A stretch of 27,429 bases of DNA from Waddliaceae bacterium (GTDB lineage Bacteria; Chlamydiota; Chlamydiia; Chlamydiales; SLFE01). The stretch lies in the NCBI GenBank assembly GCA_007124415.1, contig SLFE01000151.1:1-27429 (forward strand), in the 5' to 3' direction. A model generated the notes under the pieces. The model saw nothing but the letters and a program-made list of their open reading frames with translations. It was not told the DNA's origin and did no database searches. Shown here in pieces: positions 18,399-27,040 of the stretch. How positions within the stretch are numbered: position 1 is the first letter of the stretch; each line of letters begins with the position of its first letter. Made by a program: the position numbers and the translations under genes.

Positions 18399-18491
18399 AC
18401 CCCTTCATTTAGGGAGGGGTTTTTTAAATCCTTTGTTTAGGGAGGGGTGCAATCCCCTCCCTAAAAAATAATCCTCGCCCTTCAGGGCGAG
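18399..18491. repeat. Cluster of three GC-rich hairpins in the rodZ/rpmG divergent intergenic region
   Basis: ACCCCTTC-loop-GGAGGGGT (18399-18420). Perfect 12-bp stem TTTAGGGAGGGG-TGCAAT-CCCCTCCCTAAA (18436-18465). CTCGCCC-TTCA-GGGCGAG (18474-18491). TTTAGGGAGGGG occurs twice directly and once inverted. Confidence 0.8.
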
Positions 18492-18537
18492 CTTGAACGA
18501 TCTTTCTCCGGAGTCGTAAAAAAAGAGATGCCCAGGC

Positions 18538-18566
18538 TTGAAAATTATATTTGATTTCACTATGAT
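18538..18566 (+). promoter_or_regulatory. sigma66/sigma70 promoter of rpmG-lolC/E-lolD (TTGAAA-N17-TATGAT)
   Basis: -35 at 18538-18543, 17-nt spacer, -10 at 18561-18566. GAGG RBS at about 18593 precedes ATG 18605. Confidence 0.7.
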
Positions 18567-18604
18567 TATGCGTATCAAATTAGTTTAACTACGAGGATTG
18601 AATA

Positions 18605-18766
18605 ATGGCTAGCAAAAAACGTGAAAAGATTATTTTAAAAAGTTCTAAAAGCCACCACAGGTACCATACTTTTAAAAACAAAACTAACACCCCGGACCGT
18701 ATTGAGATTAATAAATACGATCCTTTTGTCAGGGAGCATGTTCCTTACAAAGAATCCAAAAAGTAA
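18605..18766 (+). CDS. rpmG: 50S ribosomal protein L33 (53 aa, zinc-free C-minus type; below the ORF-track size cutoff)
   Basis: Manual translation MASKKREKIILKSSKSHHRYHTFKNKTNTPDRIEINKYDPFVREHVPYKESKK. The stop overlaps the lolC/E start (TAATG). Confidence 0.95.
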   Translation: MASKKREKIILKSSKSHHRYHTFKNKTNTPDRIEINKYDPFVREHVPYKESKK

Positions 18767-20760
18767 TGTTTGAGCTTTCCGTTGCCTGCAAATATCTGAT
18801 TCCAAGGTGGAGACAACTGTCTGTATCTATTATCAGCATGATCTCTATTTTGGTCATTTCGTTAGTTGTCTGGCTGATTCTTGTCTTTTTTTCGGTGACG
18901 AATGGGCTGGAAAACAATTGGATTGAAAAGCTCATCGCCCTGACAGCCCCTGTAAGGATCACTCCGACGCAGGAGTACTACGATTCTTATTATTACCAAA
19001 TAGACAGCATCAGCGAGGCATCCGATTATACGCACAAGACGCTGAGGGAAAAACTAGCCGGCGTTGGCGTCGACCCTTATGACGCTGATTTTGACGAGGA
19101 AGTTCCCCTTTACTGGCCGCAGCCCGATGAGGACGGCGAGGGAAACTTGAAGGATATTGTCAAAATGGCTGCGGACGCTGCAGGCCGTTTGAATATTGCG
19201 GGCCTTACTGTTGCGCCCTATGAAACCTCGGTAGGCAACATTAAGCTAAGCAGCATCAGCGAATCTACCTATTTGGGTTCCTTCGACCCGGAAAATCTCG
19301 ACTTAAAGAAAACCCTGCTGCCCCTTTCCGGGGACGACCTTTCTAATGTATTGCAAACGATCGGCTATGCCAACCGGAAAGAGTTGCGCGAATTTTTCGA
19401 AAACGTCGAAGTCACCCATTTAAAATTACAGCCGGGCTGGAGAATCCCGATCCATCTTTATCCCAAGGAGGGATATTTGGATGTCGTTGCCATTTTGAGG
19501 GATGGCAATGTTTACCAAATGTTCGCGGCACCGAAGGCAGATCAGCTCTTACAGATTAAAGCTGAATGGGATGAGAGGGCAGCAGGATTCGAAATTGTGA
19601 AGGCGCCCCTCAAGTTCGAGGACCGCCGGCCGTTACTTAGCATAGGCGGCAAGCAGTATCCGGCAAGAACGGCTCCTTTGCAGCTTGCCGCTGAAATGGA
19701 AATCCCCGCCAAGCTCGAAGAGAGCTCATTGGCCCTGGCCGATTCCGGCGGCGATGTTCAATTCGTAATGTCTCTCAACCTTCAAGAGGCGGCCTTTGAG
19801 GGTTCGGTTCCTTATAAGGGGTTAAAAATCGCTAGGGCCGATCTTTGCGATCAACCTAAGGCGGACGTGTGCTGGATCTATGAAAGCGACGGCCAAATGG
19901 TGCTGCCAAGCGTGGGCGGCAGTGATGGAATTCTTCTTCCGAAAACTTTTCGGGAGCAGGGGGTTCTTGTGGGAGACCGAGGGCAGCTGACCTACTACGC
20001 GCCAACAACGTCGTCTTTGCAAGAACAGCGCCTCCCGATCCATGTCGCCGGCTTTTATGACCAGGGCGTCATCTCTATCGGAGGCAAATTGGCTTTTGCC
20101 GGGCCAGAAATTGTCTCGGCGGCAGGTTCTGCTTTTAATCAGAATCAGGGGGGGATGCAGGCCGGAATCAACATCAGATTTCGCGACTGGAACAAGGCAG
20201 AAGAGGCAAAAGAGGTTTTGCAGGCTGCCTTTGCGGAAGGGGGAATCGGACGGTACTGGAAGGTTGAGACCTTTCGGGAATATCCCTTCACTAAAGATCT
20301 GCTCCAACAACTAAGAAGCGAAAAGAATCTCTTCAGCCTCATCTCGATTGTTATTATCATTGTCGCCTGTTCCAACATCGTCAGCATGCTCATTATCCTC
20401 GTGAATGATAAAAAGGGAGAAATCGGAATATTGCGCTCGATGGGCGCATCGCCTAAAAGCATAGCGGCGATTTTTGGCTTCTGCGGCATGGTAATGGGGC
20501 TGCTCGGCAGTTTGGTCGGCATCGCCCTGGCTGCGCTGACATTGAAAAATATTCAAAGCTTGATCGGCTTGATCAGCCGGTTGCAGGGGCACGAGCTGTT
20601 CAACGTCCACTTTTTTGGTGAAGTGATCCCTGATCGATTGAGCGGGGAAGCGCTGACCTTTGTTTTGATGGCGACAGTCTTGATATCTTTAATTTCGGGA
20701 GTCATTCCGGCAATTAAAGCCAGTTTGATGAGGCCCTCGGCAATATTGAGGTCTGAATAA
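18766..20760 (+). CDS. lolE: LolC/E (FtsX/MacB-family) lipoprotein-release ABC permease with large periplasmic domain
   Basis: MFELSVACKYLIPRWRQLSVSIISMISILVISLVVWLILVFFSVTNG at the N-terminus. LVNDKKGEIGILRSMGAS and PAIKASLMRPSAILRSE at the C-terminus. Confidence 0.88.
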   Translation: MFELSVACKYLIPRWRQLSVSIISMISILVISLVVWLILVFFSVTNGLENNWIEKLIALTAPVRITPTQEYYDSYYYQIDSISEASDYTHKTLREKLAGVGVDPYDADFDEEVPLYWPQPDEDGEGNLKDIVKMAADAAGRLNIAGLTVAPYETSVGNIKLSSISESTYLGSFDPENLDLKKTLLPLSGDDLSNVLQTIGYANRKELREFFENVEVTHLKLQPGWRIPIHLYPKEGYLDVVAILRDGNVYQMFAAPKADQLLQIKAEWDERAAGFEIVKAPLKFEDRRPLLSIGGKQYPARTAPLQLAAEMEIPAKLEESSLALADSGGDVQFVMSLNLQEAAFEGSVPYKGLKIARADLCDQPKADVCWIYESDGQMVLPSVGGSDGILLPKTFREQGVLVGDRGQLTYYAPTTSSLQEQRLPIHVAGFYDQGVISIGGKLAFAGPEIVSAAGSAFNQNQGGMQAGINIRFRDWNKAEEAKEVLQAAFAEGGIGRYWKVETFREYPFTKDLLQQLRSEKNLFSLISIVIIIVACSNIVSMLIILVNDKKGEIGILRSMGASPKSIAAIFGFCGMVMGLLGSLVGIALAALTLKNIQSLIGLISRLQGHELFNVHFFGEVIPDRLSGEALTFVLMATVLISLISGVIPAIKASLMRPSAILRSE

Positions 20761-21443
20761 TGACGGTTTTGAAAGCGACAGATATAAGAAAGACCTTCAG
20801 AGGACCGAAACCTCTTGAGGTCTTAAAAGGGGTCAGCATCAGTGTCGAGCCTGGCGAGTCCATTGCGATTATGGGACGTTCCGGCGAGGGTAAAAGCACT
20901 CTTCTTCAAATTTTGGGCACCCTCGATATTGCCGATAAAGGATCTCTTCTGATTAAGGATCAGCCTGTATCTCACTCAACCTTAAGCAAGATCAGGTCCC
21001 GTAATATCGGATTTATCTTTCAGTCCTTTCATCTGCTTGAAGATTTTACGGTGCTGCAAAATGTACTTATGCCGGCCAGAATTGCCAGAGAGTCTGTTAA
21101 AAAAGGATCCAAGTTTTACAAGCATGCGGAAGAACTTATTGACTTTGTTGGTCTTAAGGATCATGCGCATCAAATTGCCAAGCAGCTTTCCGGCGGGGAA
21201 AAGCAGCGGGTCGCCATAGCGAGAGCCCTTTGCAACAACCCCGATATCATCCTTGCCGATGAACCGACCGGAAATCTAGACCATTCTACTGCCGAGATGA
21301 TTCACTCGCTTTTGATCGACCTTGCAGGAAAACAGGGGAGATCTCTTATCATAGTCACTCATAATCAAGACCTTGCAAATCTCTGCGACAAACAGTACCT
21401 CCTTTTGGACGGACTTTTGCAGCCTTCCCAAAAAAATAGCTAA
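20760..21443 (+). CDS. lolD: Lipoprotein-release ABC transporter ATP-binding protein
   Basis: [11 protein letters not shown] (Walker A), [42 protein letters not shown]. Confidence 0.93.
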   Translation: MTVLKATDIRKTFRGPKPLEVLKGVSISVEPGESIAIMGRSGEGKSTLLQILGTLDIADKGSLLIKDQPVSHSTLSKIRSRNIGFIFQSFHLLEDFTVLQNVLMPARIARESVKKGSKFYKHAEELIDFVGLKDHAHQIAKQLSGGEKQRVAIARALCNNPDIILADEPTGNLDHSTAEMIHSLLIDLAGKQGRSLIIVTHNQDLANLCDKQYLLLDGLLQPSQKNS

Positions 21444-21479
21444 AAGCTATGTTGAGGTTAATGAGGGGTATGGCAAGGG

Positions 21480-22520
21480 ATGAGAACAAGAGCCTATACA
21501 GTATTGCATGTGCTGATCAGTTTATTATTCGCCGCCGGCTTGGGGCTGACAATTTTGTCTTATGTAAAGGCCTGTACAAATTCCTGCGTTGAAGTTCACC
21601 ATTATAAATATTTCGGACTTGATTTTGAATTGTTAGGGCTCGCCTTTTTTATCGTTGCCGGCCTCCTTCATGTTTTTTCGATAATGGTTCCCTCGCTCGG
21701 GTACATAGTCGGACTGATGCTTGCCGCAGCTGTCGGTTCAGAGATCAACTTCATACTGATTCAAAAATATGTGATCGGTCATTATTGTCCTTTGTGTTTG
21801 ACGATAGCGGCTGTTATCGGACTGATCAGTTTGCTGTATGCGACAATGTTTTTTTACAGGTTTTTCTTTTTGGACAAACCAATTACTTGGGGTAAAGTTA
21901 TGAAAGCTATCATTAAAACTGCCGGCATCATACTGGCAGCATTCATTGCCTATGGCGTGGCCTTCGCGGGCGTTGCCAAGCCGGAAACATCCTTTGCGGA
22001 AGGGGTAAATAGCGAGGTTCCTTATTTCGGCAACCCGGACAGCCAGGTTGAGGTTTATATATTTACTGATTGGTTTTGCCCGCCCTGCCGCAGGACAGAG
22101 CCTAAGATCTCACCTTATTACAACCGAATGAAGGCCAAAGCACGGGTCTATTTTATCGATTTTCCCGTCAATCCCGAAACGAGAAATTATATTCCCTATA
22201 ATCTGTCGTTTATGCTTAAAAACAAGGACCAGTATTTAAATGTACGCAAAGCTCTTCATGATCTTTCAGAAACCAATAAAACGCCATCGCCGGAAGATGT
22301 CAATCAAGCCGTTGAGGAATACGGCATTACCTATACTCCATTGAATTTTTCCGATATCGCCGAGGGAATCAAATTTCAGGAGGGGGTAGCCGAGACGTTT
22401 AAAATTAGGTATGCGCCTACAGTAGTTGTTGCCAACAGGAAAAATTTGACGGCCAAAAAACTTACCGGAACGAGCATCACAGGCGACAATATCCTTAAAG
22501 CTATCGATAAAGTGAAGTAG
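21480..22520 (+). CDS. VKOR-family membrane oxidoreductase fused to a C-terminal DsbA/thioredoxin domain
   Basis: Loop cysteines CTNSC followed by V..Y..FG..LLG. Active-site HYCPLC at a TM end. C-terminal VEVYIFTDWFCPPC and cis-Pro-like YAPTVVV. Confidence 0.8.
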   Translation: MRTRAYTVLHVLISLLFAAGLGLTILSYVKACTNSCVEVHHYKYFGLDFELLGLAFFIVAGLLHVFSIMVPSLGYIVGLMLAAAVGSEINFILIQKYVIGHYCPLCLTIAAVIGLISLLYATMFFYRFFFLDKPITWGKVMKAIIKTAGIILAAFIAYGVAFAGVAKPETSFAEGVNSEVPYFGNPDSQVEVYIFTDWFCPPCRRTEPKISPYYNRMKAKARVYFIDFPVNPETRNYIPYNLSFMLKNKDQYLNVRKALHDLSETNKTPSPEDVNQAVEEYGITYTPLNFSDIAEGIKFQEGVAETFKIRYAPTVVVANRKNLTAKKLTGTSITGDNILKAIDKVK

Positions 22521-22523
22521 TCT

Positions 22524-22606
22524 AACCCCTGATTGCGACCCTAATCCGCGCCTGCATATTTTTTCTCTAAAAATCTGTCAGACGAGATTAGGGCACAATC
22601 AGGGGG
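22524..22606. mobile_element. MITE-like element with imperfect terminal inverted repeats of about 21 bp
   Basis: Left arm CCCCTGATTGCGACCCTAATC (22526-22546) and right arm GATTAGGGCACAATCAGGGG (22586-22605) pair with one mismatch and a 1-nt indel, around a 39-bp spacer. The left arm recurs exactly at 11987-12011. Confidence 0.6.
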
Positions 22607-22689
22607 CCTAAATAAAATAAAAATTATTGCTTTATTTCAGATATCTATATAACGTAAAAACACCTGACCAATTCTAAAAGGAGGCTTTT

Positions 22690-23526
22690 ATGTCATTTAA
22701 GTTAGGTGTTTTACCATACTTTGTTTTTCTGGCACTTTGTACTACGGTTCTAAATGGCGTGGCTCCGGAGCCTTGCGATCCGAGCCGCGTCTACGATGCA
22801 TTGATAGTCATTGCCCTGGATCAGCCGGTTGATGACCCTTCATTCGGAGTTTTCGGCCCGATGAATCCCGAGGACAATACTGCCGAGTTTCGCTCCGAGG
22901 CCGTTAAGTTTTTCGAGAAGGAATATGGACTAACAGGCATCAATCCTGATGCTCTCGCAAGTCCTGCTCCTATAGGGATTAACGGCACTCCCTTTTTAGA
23001 TGCCGATTACACTGTGTGGATGACTCAGTTGCCGGAACATATCAGATACAATGTTCTTGCCATTGACTTTCAAGAGATCCCGCAGCTGCGCCACAGGATG
23101 CCTATTTCCAATGTACATATCGAGTCTAGAGTTGCGCTTGCCTATATAGGGCCTAACATTATCCAGAATACCGGAAACAGACAAAACCTATTCCCCCAAT
23201 TGTTTCCTGGTTCCATTATCTCAATGGGATTTTACCGATTAATGGCCACAGACAAAGACGGTCAGGATTTTCTGTTGGATACTATCAGATGGGTTGATCA
23301 AATGCCCTCAACGCCAAATGCTTATGGGTGGCAACCCCTTGCGCTTAAATTGGAAAGCGATTTATTTGGCGAAGGCATCTCAAAGGGAGGAGGCTCTGCT
23401 GCTCCGCCGGTTCCTGAAGGTGTGTTGAATACCGGAGTTGTGATGACTTTTCCTCCTTCTCTGACACAAAAGGACCCAAATAAGCCTGCGAAATGCAAAC
23501 AGGTAAAGCCTGATTTGATCAATTAA
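22690..23526 (+). CDS. Hypothetical protein with probable Sec signal peptide (278 aa)
   Basis: GGAGG RBS at about 22680. N-terminus MSFKLGVLPYFVFLALCTTVLNG is a basic residue plus hydrophobic core. No family recognised. Confidence 0.8.
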   Translation: MSFKLGVLPYFVFLALCTTVLNGVAPEPCDPSRVYDALIVIALDQPVDDPSFGVFGPMNPEDNTAEFRSEAVKFFEKEYGLTGINPDALASPAPIGINGTPFLDADYTVWMTQLPEHIRYNVLAIDFQEIPQLRHRMPISNVHIESRVALAYIGPNIIQNTGNRQNLFPQLFPGSIISMGFYRLMATDKDGQDFLLDTIRWVDQMPSTPNAYGWQPLALKLESDLFGEGISKGGGSAAPPVPEGVLNTGVVMTFPPSLTQKDPNKPAKCKQVKPDLIN

Positions 23527-23535
23527 TAGGCCTAG

Positions 23536-23575
23536 AAAAACCGGATGGAGAACTTTCTCTATTCGGTTTTTTTTA
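23536..23575. terminator. Bidirectional intrinsic terminator between the convergent hypothetical gene and pgl
   Basis: AAAAACCGGATGGAGA-ACTT-TCTCTATTCGGTTTTT stem with G-T pairs, plus a T-run on the right and an A-run on the left. Overlaps the last pgl codons. Confidence 0.8.
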
Positions 23576-24341
23576 TTTTTTCTAAAAGGGCTGCTGCGGC
23601 AGAGTCCACAATCCAGAGCGCTTTATGCTGATGAGTTCCTACTCTTTGAGCAGGCAGAGGGGGGCTTTCTTCTTTGTCTAGAACCCGCTTTAACATCTCG
23701 GCCTTTCCCTCGCCCATCGTATAGAAGGCGATGTTTTTGGCATGATTGATGAGACTTAGGGTAAAGGTGAGACGCCAGGTCTCTTTTTGCGGAATGTAAT
23801 TGGCGATGACCAGCCGGTTGCCAACTTCGAGGCCGGATGTTCCGGGAAACAAGGACGCGGTATGGCCGTCGGGACCCATTCCCAGCATCACAAGATCGAA
23901 CTGATGATCCGGGACTGCCTCTTCAATCAAGTGATTGTAATCTTCAGCAGCCTTGGCGGGCTCGATTTCTCCTTTGATCCTAAAAATATGTTCGGGAAGA
24001 ACGGGAAGGGATGAAAAGCCCGAGTCCATGGCCATTCGGTAGTTGCTGTCTAAACTGGTTGGAGGCACGCAGCGCTCGTCGCTCCAGAAAAGCATGACCT
24101 TGCTCCAGTCGACTTCATGCTTGAATTCTGGCTTGGACATCTGCTGAAAGATAACTTTAGGAGTGCTCCCTCCGGAAAGAGCGACATAAAAAAAACCGTG
24201 ATCTTTAATGGCCTCGTTGGCCAGAGAGATAAAATGCCTCACGCAAAAGCGGACAGTTTCATCACTGTCTTGAAGAATGACGATATCCCTTCGCGAATCG
24301 ACGGTGTTGACTTTTGATTTCCAAGTAAGATCGGTTTTCAT
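23559..24341 (-). CDS. pgl: 6-phosphogluconolactonase
   Basis: VALSGGSTPK, FWSDERCVPP...SNYRMA, FDLVMLGMGPDGHTASLFPG, WRLTFTL. Confidence 0.96.
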   Translation of the reverse strand: MKTDLTWKSKVNTVDSRRDIVILQDSDETVRFCVRHFISLANEAIKDHGFFYVALSGGSTPKVIFQQMSKPEFKHEVDWSKVMLFWSDERCVPPTSLDSNYRMAMDSGFSSLPVLPEHIFRIKGEIEPAKAAEDYNHLIEEAVPDHQFDLVMLGMGPDGHTASLFPGTSGLEVGNRLVIANYIPQKETWRLTFTLSLINHAKNIAFYTMGEGKAEMLKRVLDKEESPPLPAQRVGTHQHKALWIVDSAAAALLEKIKKTE

Positions 24342-24349
24342 TCTTCACC

Positions 24350-25399
24350 TCATGATAAATTTTCATTGGAGATAGTTTCAAGCATTTCGTCGTAATGATG
24401 GCTTGGATGGGCATAAAGAAGCTGTTGTATGAAGGAGGCTCCTTTTGAGCGGGTAAGAAGGGGCATTGTTACCGGAAGCCAGCACTTGTCATTTGTTGAC
24501 AGGTTAACGGTCACCTGCCGAGGATTTTCTTCTTGTCTTTCAATATTGAATTGAAGCCCTTCTTCGGCAGAGGAGCTGAAACCGATGATTGAGCCGGGGG
24601 TAAAGGCGGGAATATCCCGGGGAAGAAGACGAATGCTGGTTTCGTCATAATTTACGATCGTTGCATCTTTGTCTTGACTTATCGACTTGTATTTCCACCC
24701 GAGACGGGTCGCTAGCCAAGCTTGAAGATAGTCGGCTTGGGTGGCGGTGTGGGCAAAGGCCTCTGATGTGTGATCGTTGTAGGTGATCGTCAGCCCTTTG
24801 GCATTGGCAAGCATTTCGATTCTGTCTTGGGAATTCATAACACTGGCGATGACATGGCGCCAGCCCGCTAGCCTTGCCCAGTTCATGTCAAGAATCTGGC
24901 AGGGAAAGGATTTGAGACTTTTCAGCATCTCGCCGCTGAATGTCTGAATTTTATCGGAGCATTCGGAATCGAATATCAAACGATCGGCAAATTTGACAAG
25001 GCGCGGAAGAACTTCGCTTTCCGACGTGGGATCCTGGCCCCAAAGAAGATAAATCGGCAGGTCGGGTTCGAGATGGGGAAGTATGTAGAAAGGAACCTGA
25101 ACCAGATGAGCTCCGCCGGCTTGAATTTCGATATAGTCGCAGGCGATGGGGCCGGCTGTTTTCAAAGAGATCTCCGTTTTAAAATCATCTTCGCCCTGGA
25201 AAGTGTTGCCCTTGATAAAAATGATGCGGCAGGGAAATTTCCTGATAACGGTATCGGCAAGTTCCTGGAAGAAGGGTATGCGCCTTTGCTCATGAGTATA
25301 AATAATGAAATTAAACAGGCTGGCTTTCTGTTTATAGGGATTTTTTTTCGAATTTTTTTCTGTTTTAACTTCTCTTTTGTCCGCAGTTGCCGTCTTCAT
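24350..25399 (-). CDS. opcA: Glucose-6-phosphate dehydrogenase assembly/activator protein OpcA; probable start ATG 25399 (ATGA overlap with zwf)
   Basis: PCRIIFI, ILPHLEPDLPIYLLW, ADRLIFDS, DMNWARLAGWRHVIA, YLQAWLATRLGW. Lies between zwf and pgl. Confidence 0.88.
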   Translation of the reverse strand: MKTATADKREVKTEKNSKKNPYKQKASLFNFIIYTHEQRRIPFFQELADTVIRKFPCRIIFIKGNTFQGEDDFKTEISLKTAGPIACDYIEIQAGGAHLVQVPFYILPHLEPDLPIYLLWGQDPTSESEVLPRLVKFADRLIFDSECSDKIQTFSGEMLKSLKSFPCQILDMNWARLAGWRHVIASVMNSQDRIEMLANAKGLTITYNDHTSEAFAHTATQADYLQAWLATRLGWKYKSISQDKDATIVNYDETSIRLLPRDIPAFTPGSIIGFSSSAEEGLQFNIERQEENPRQVTVNLSTNDKCWLPVTMPLLTRSKGASFIQQLLYAHPSHHYDEMLETISNENLS

Positions 25400-26961
25400 A
25401 GTAAGCACCATTTTCTTCCATCTGATTCTATAAGCCTGTCGGCCTCTTCAGGGCCCCATGAGCCGGCTTGATAATTTGGAAAATCCTTAGGTTTTTCTTC
25501 GCGCCACTGGTCAAGAACCGGACTGAGCAGATTCCATGAAGCTTTTACTTCGTCCCAGCGGGCAAAAAGAGTGCGGTCTCCCGCCATGCAGTCGGTGATC
25601 AGCCTTTCATAAGCTTCGGGGGGTTCGAGTCCGAAATACTCGCCGTAGCGAAAGTCCATTTTAACCGGTTGCAGAGGCGTCGTCAAGCCCGGCACCTTGC
25701 AATTCATTTTCAGCGATATACCCTCGTCAGGCTGAATTCTGATCGACAAGACGTTTGGCTGATGCCTGGCTACGGCTTCGTCAAAAAGAGCGCCGGGAGC
25801 TTGCTTGAAAACAACGGAAATGTCTGTCACTTTTTTGGGAAGATGCTTGCCGGTCCTTAAATAAAAAGGAACTCCGGCCCAGCGCCAATTGTCAATGTAC
25901 AGCTTCAGGGCCGCATAGGTCTCGACGTCGGAGTTGGAATCCACATTGTCTTCTTCGCGGTATCCGTTGACTTTTTCTCCTTCGATATAACCGGGGGCGT
26001 ACTGTCCTCGGACAACATGGTCGTAGAATTTGTCTTGGGGAATTGTTCGGATAGCCTCTAAAACTTTGACTTTTTCATCGTGTATGGCCTTCGATTCAAA
26101 ACTGTTCGGAGGCTCCATTGTGGCAAGGGATAAAACCTGCATCATGTGGTTTTGGACAATATCCCTTAAGCTTCCGGACTCCTCCCACAATTTTCCCCTC
26201 GTGCCGATTCCGATGTCTTCGGCAACGGTCATTTGGACGTGGTCGATATGATGGTTGTTCCAAAGGTCTTCAAAGATCGAGTTGCTGAATCTGAAGACCA
26301 TCAAGTTTTGGACAGTTTCTTTTCCCAAGTAGTGGTCGATACGGTAGATTTGACTCTCGTCCATGCAGTTTTCAACATCGTTTTGAAGCTGTATAGCCGA
26401 CTCAAGGTCGCGCCCGAAGGGTTTTTCAATGATTACCCTGGACCATTTCTTTGTCTCTTCGGCCGGGTAAATGAGATTGTGTTCATGCAGTTTTTCGGAG
26501 ATTTCCGTAAAAAATGTCGGCTGGGTGGAGAGATAGTAGACGCGGTTTCCCCTGGTACCGAATTCCTGGTCGAGCTGTTTTAAAAATGAGCCGAGAGATT
26601 CATACCCGTCATCATCTTTGAAGTTGGCCCGGTGATAAAAAAGGCATTGGCTGAACTCTTTCCAGATGTCTTCATCCACAGGTTTTACCCGGGAATACTT
26701 GTTAATCCCTTCCAGCATTTCTCCGCGAAAGTCGTCGTGGCTTTTATCCCGTCTGGCAAAACCAACGCAAGCAAAATTGGCGGGGAGCTGGCCTTCTCTT
26801 GCCATATTGTAAAGTGCCGGCACCAGCTTTCTTGCGGTTAAATCTCCTGTCGCTCCGAAAATTACCAGAATGCAAGGATCTGCTCTTTTTGCGTTTTGAA
26901 TAGGCTCATCCAATGGATTTTCAAAGGTTTGCGTTTTCGATAAAATTGTAGCCATAACCAT
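25396..26961 (-). CDS. zwf: Glucose-6-phosphate 1-dehydrogenase (start ATG 26961 or 26955)
   Basis: IFGATGDLTARKL, IIEKPFGRDL, YRIDHYLGKETVQN, RDIVQNHMMQ, WAGVPFYLRTGK, AYERLI.D. Confidence 0.98.
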   Translation of the reverse strand: MVMATILSKTQTFENPLDEPIQNAKRADPCILVIFGATGDLTARKLVPALYNMAREGQLPANFACVGFARRDKSHDDFRGEMLEGINKYSRVKPVDEDIWKEFSQCLFYHRANFKDDDGYESLGSFLKQLDQEFGTRGNRVYYLSTQPTFFTEISEKLHEHNLIYPAEETKKWSRVIIEKPFGRDLESAIQLQNDVENCMDESQIYRIDHYLGKETVQNLMVFRFSNSIFEDLWNNHHIDHVQMTVAEDIGIGTRGKLWEESGSLRDIVQNHMMQVLSLATMEPPNSFESKAIHDEKVKVLEAIRTIPQDKFYDHVVRGQYAPGYIEGEKVNGYREEDNVDSNSDVETYAALKLYIDNWRWAGVPFYLRTGKHLPKKVTDISVVFKQAPGALFDEAVARHQPNVLSIRIQPDEGISLKMNCKVPGLTTPLQPVKMDFRYGEYFGLEPPEAYERLITDCMAGDRTLFARWDEVKASWNLLSPVLDQWREEKPKDFPNYQAGSWGPEEADRLIESDGRKWCLL

Positions 26962-27040
26962 ATCTCCCTATTCCCTTATATTACAATTACCGCTTTATTA
27001 TTGCCTATGGTATTATTAAGTCATAATACGCGAGTACTTT

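Noticed and set aside
18399-18491. tRNA or CRISPR array in the hairpin-rich intergenic region
   Set aside because: No cloverleaf, T-loop (TTCGA) or CCA pattern, no regularly spaced repeat-spacer units, and no cas genes.
11-26841. Many 60-185 aa ORFs overlapping the called genes (e.g. 667-1224 +, 1076-1528 +, 5541-5972 +, 12003-12476 -, 13926-14342 +, 19822-20310 -, 25073-25471 +)
   Set aside because: They lie antisense to or out of frame within well-supported genes, have no recognisable motifs or RBS, and are typical shadow ORFs.
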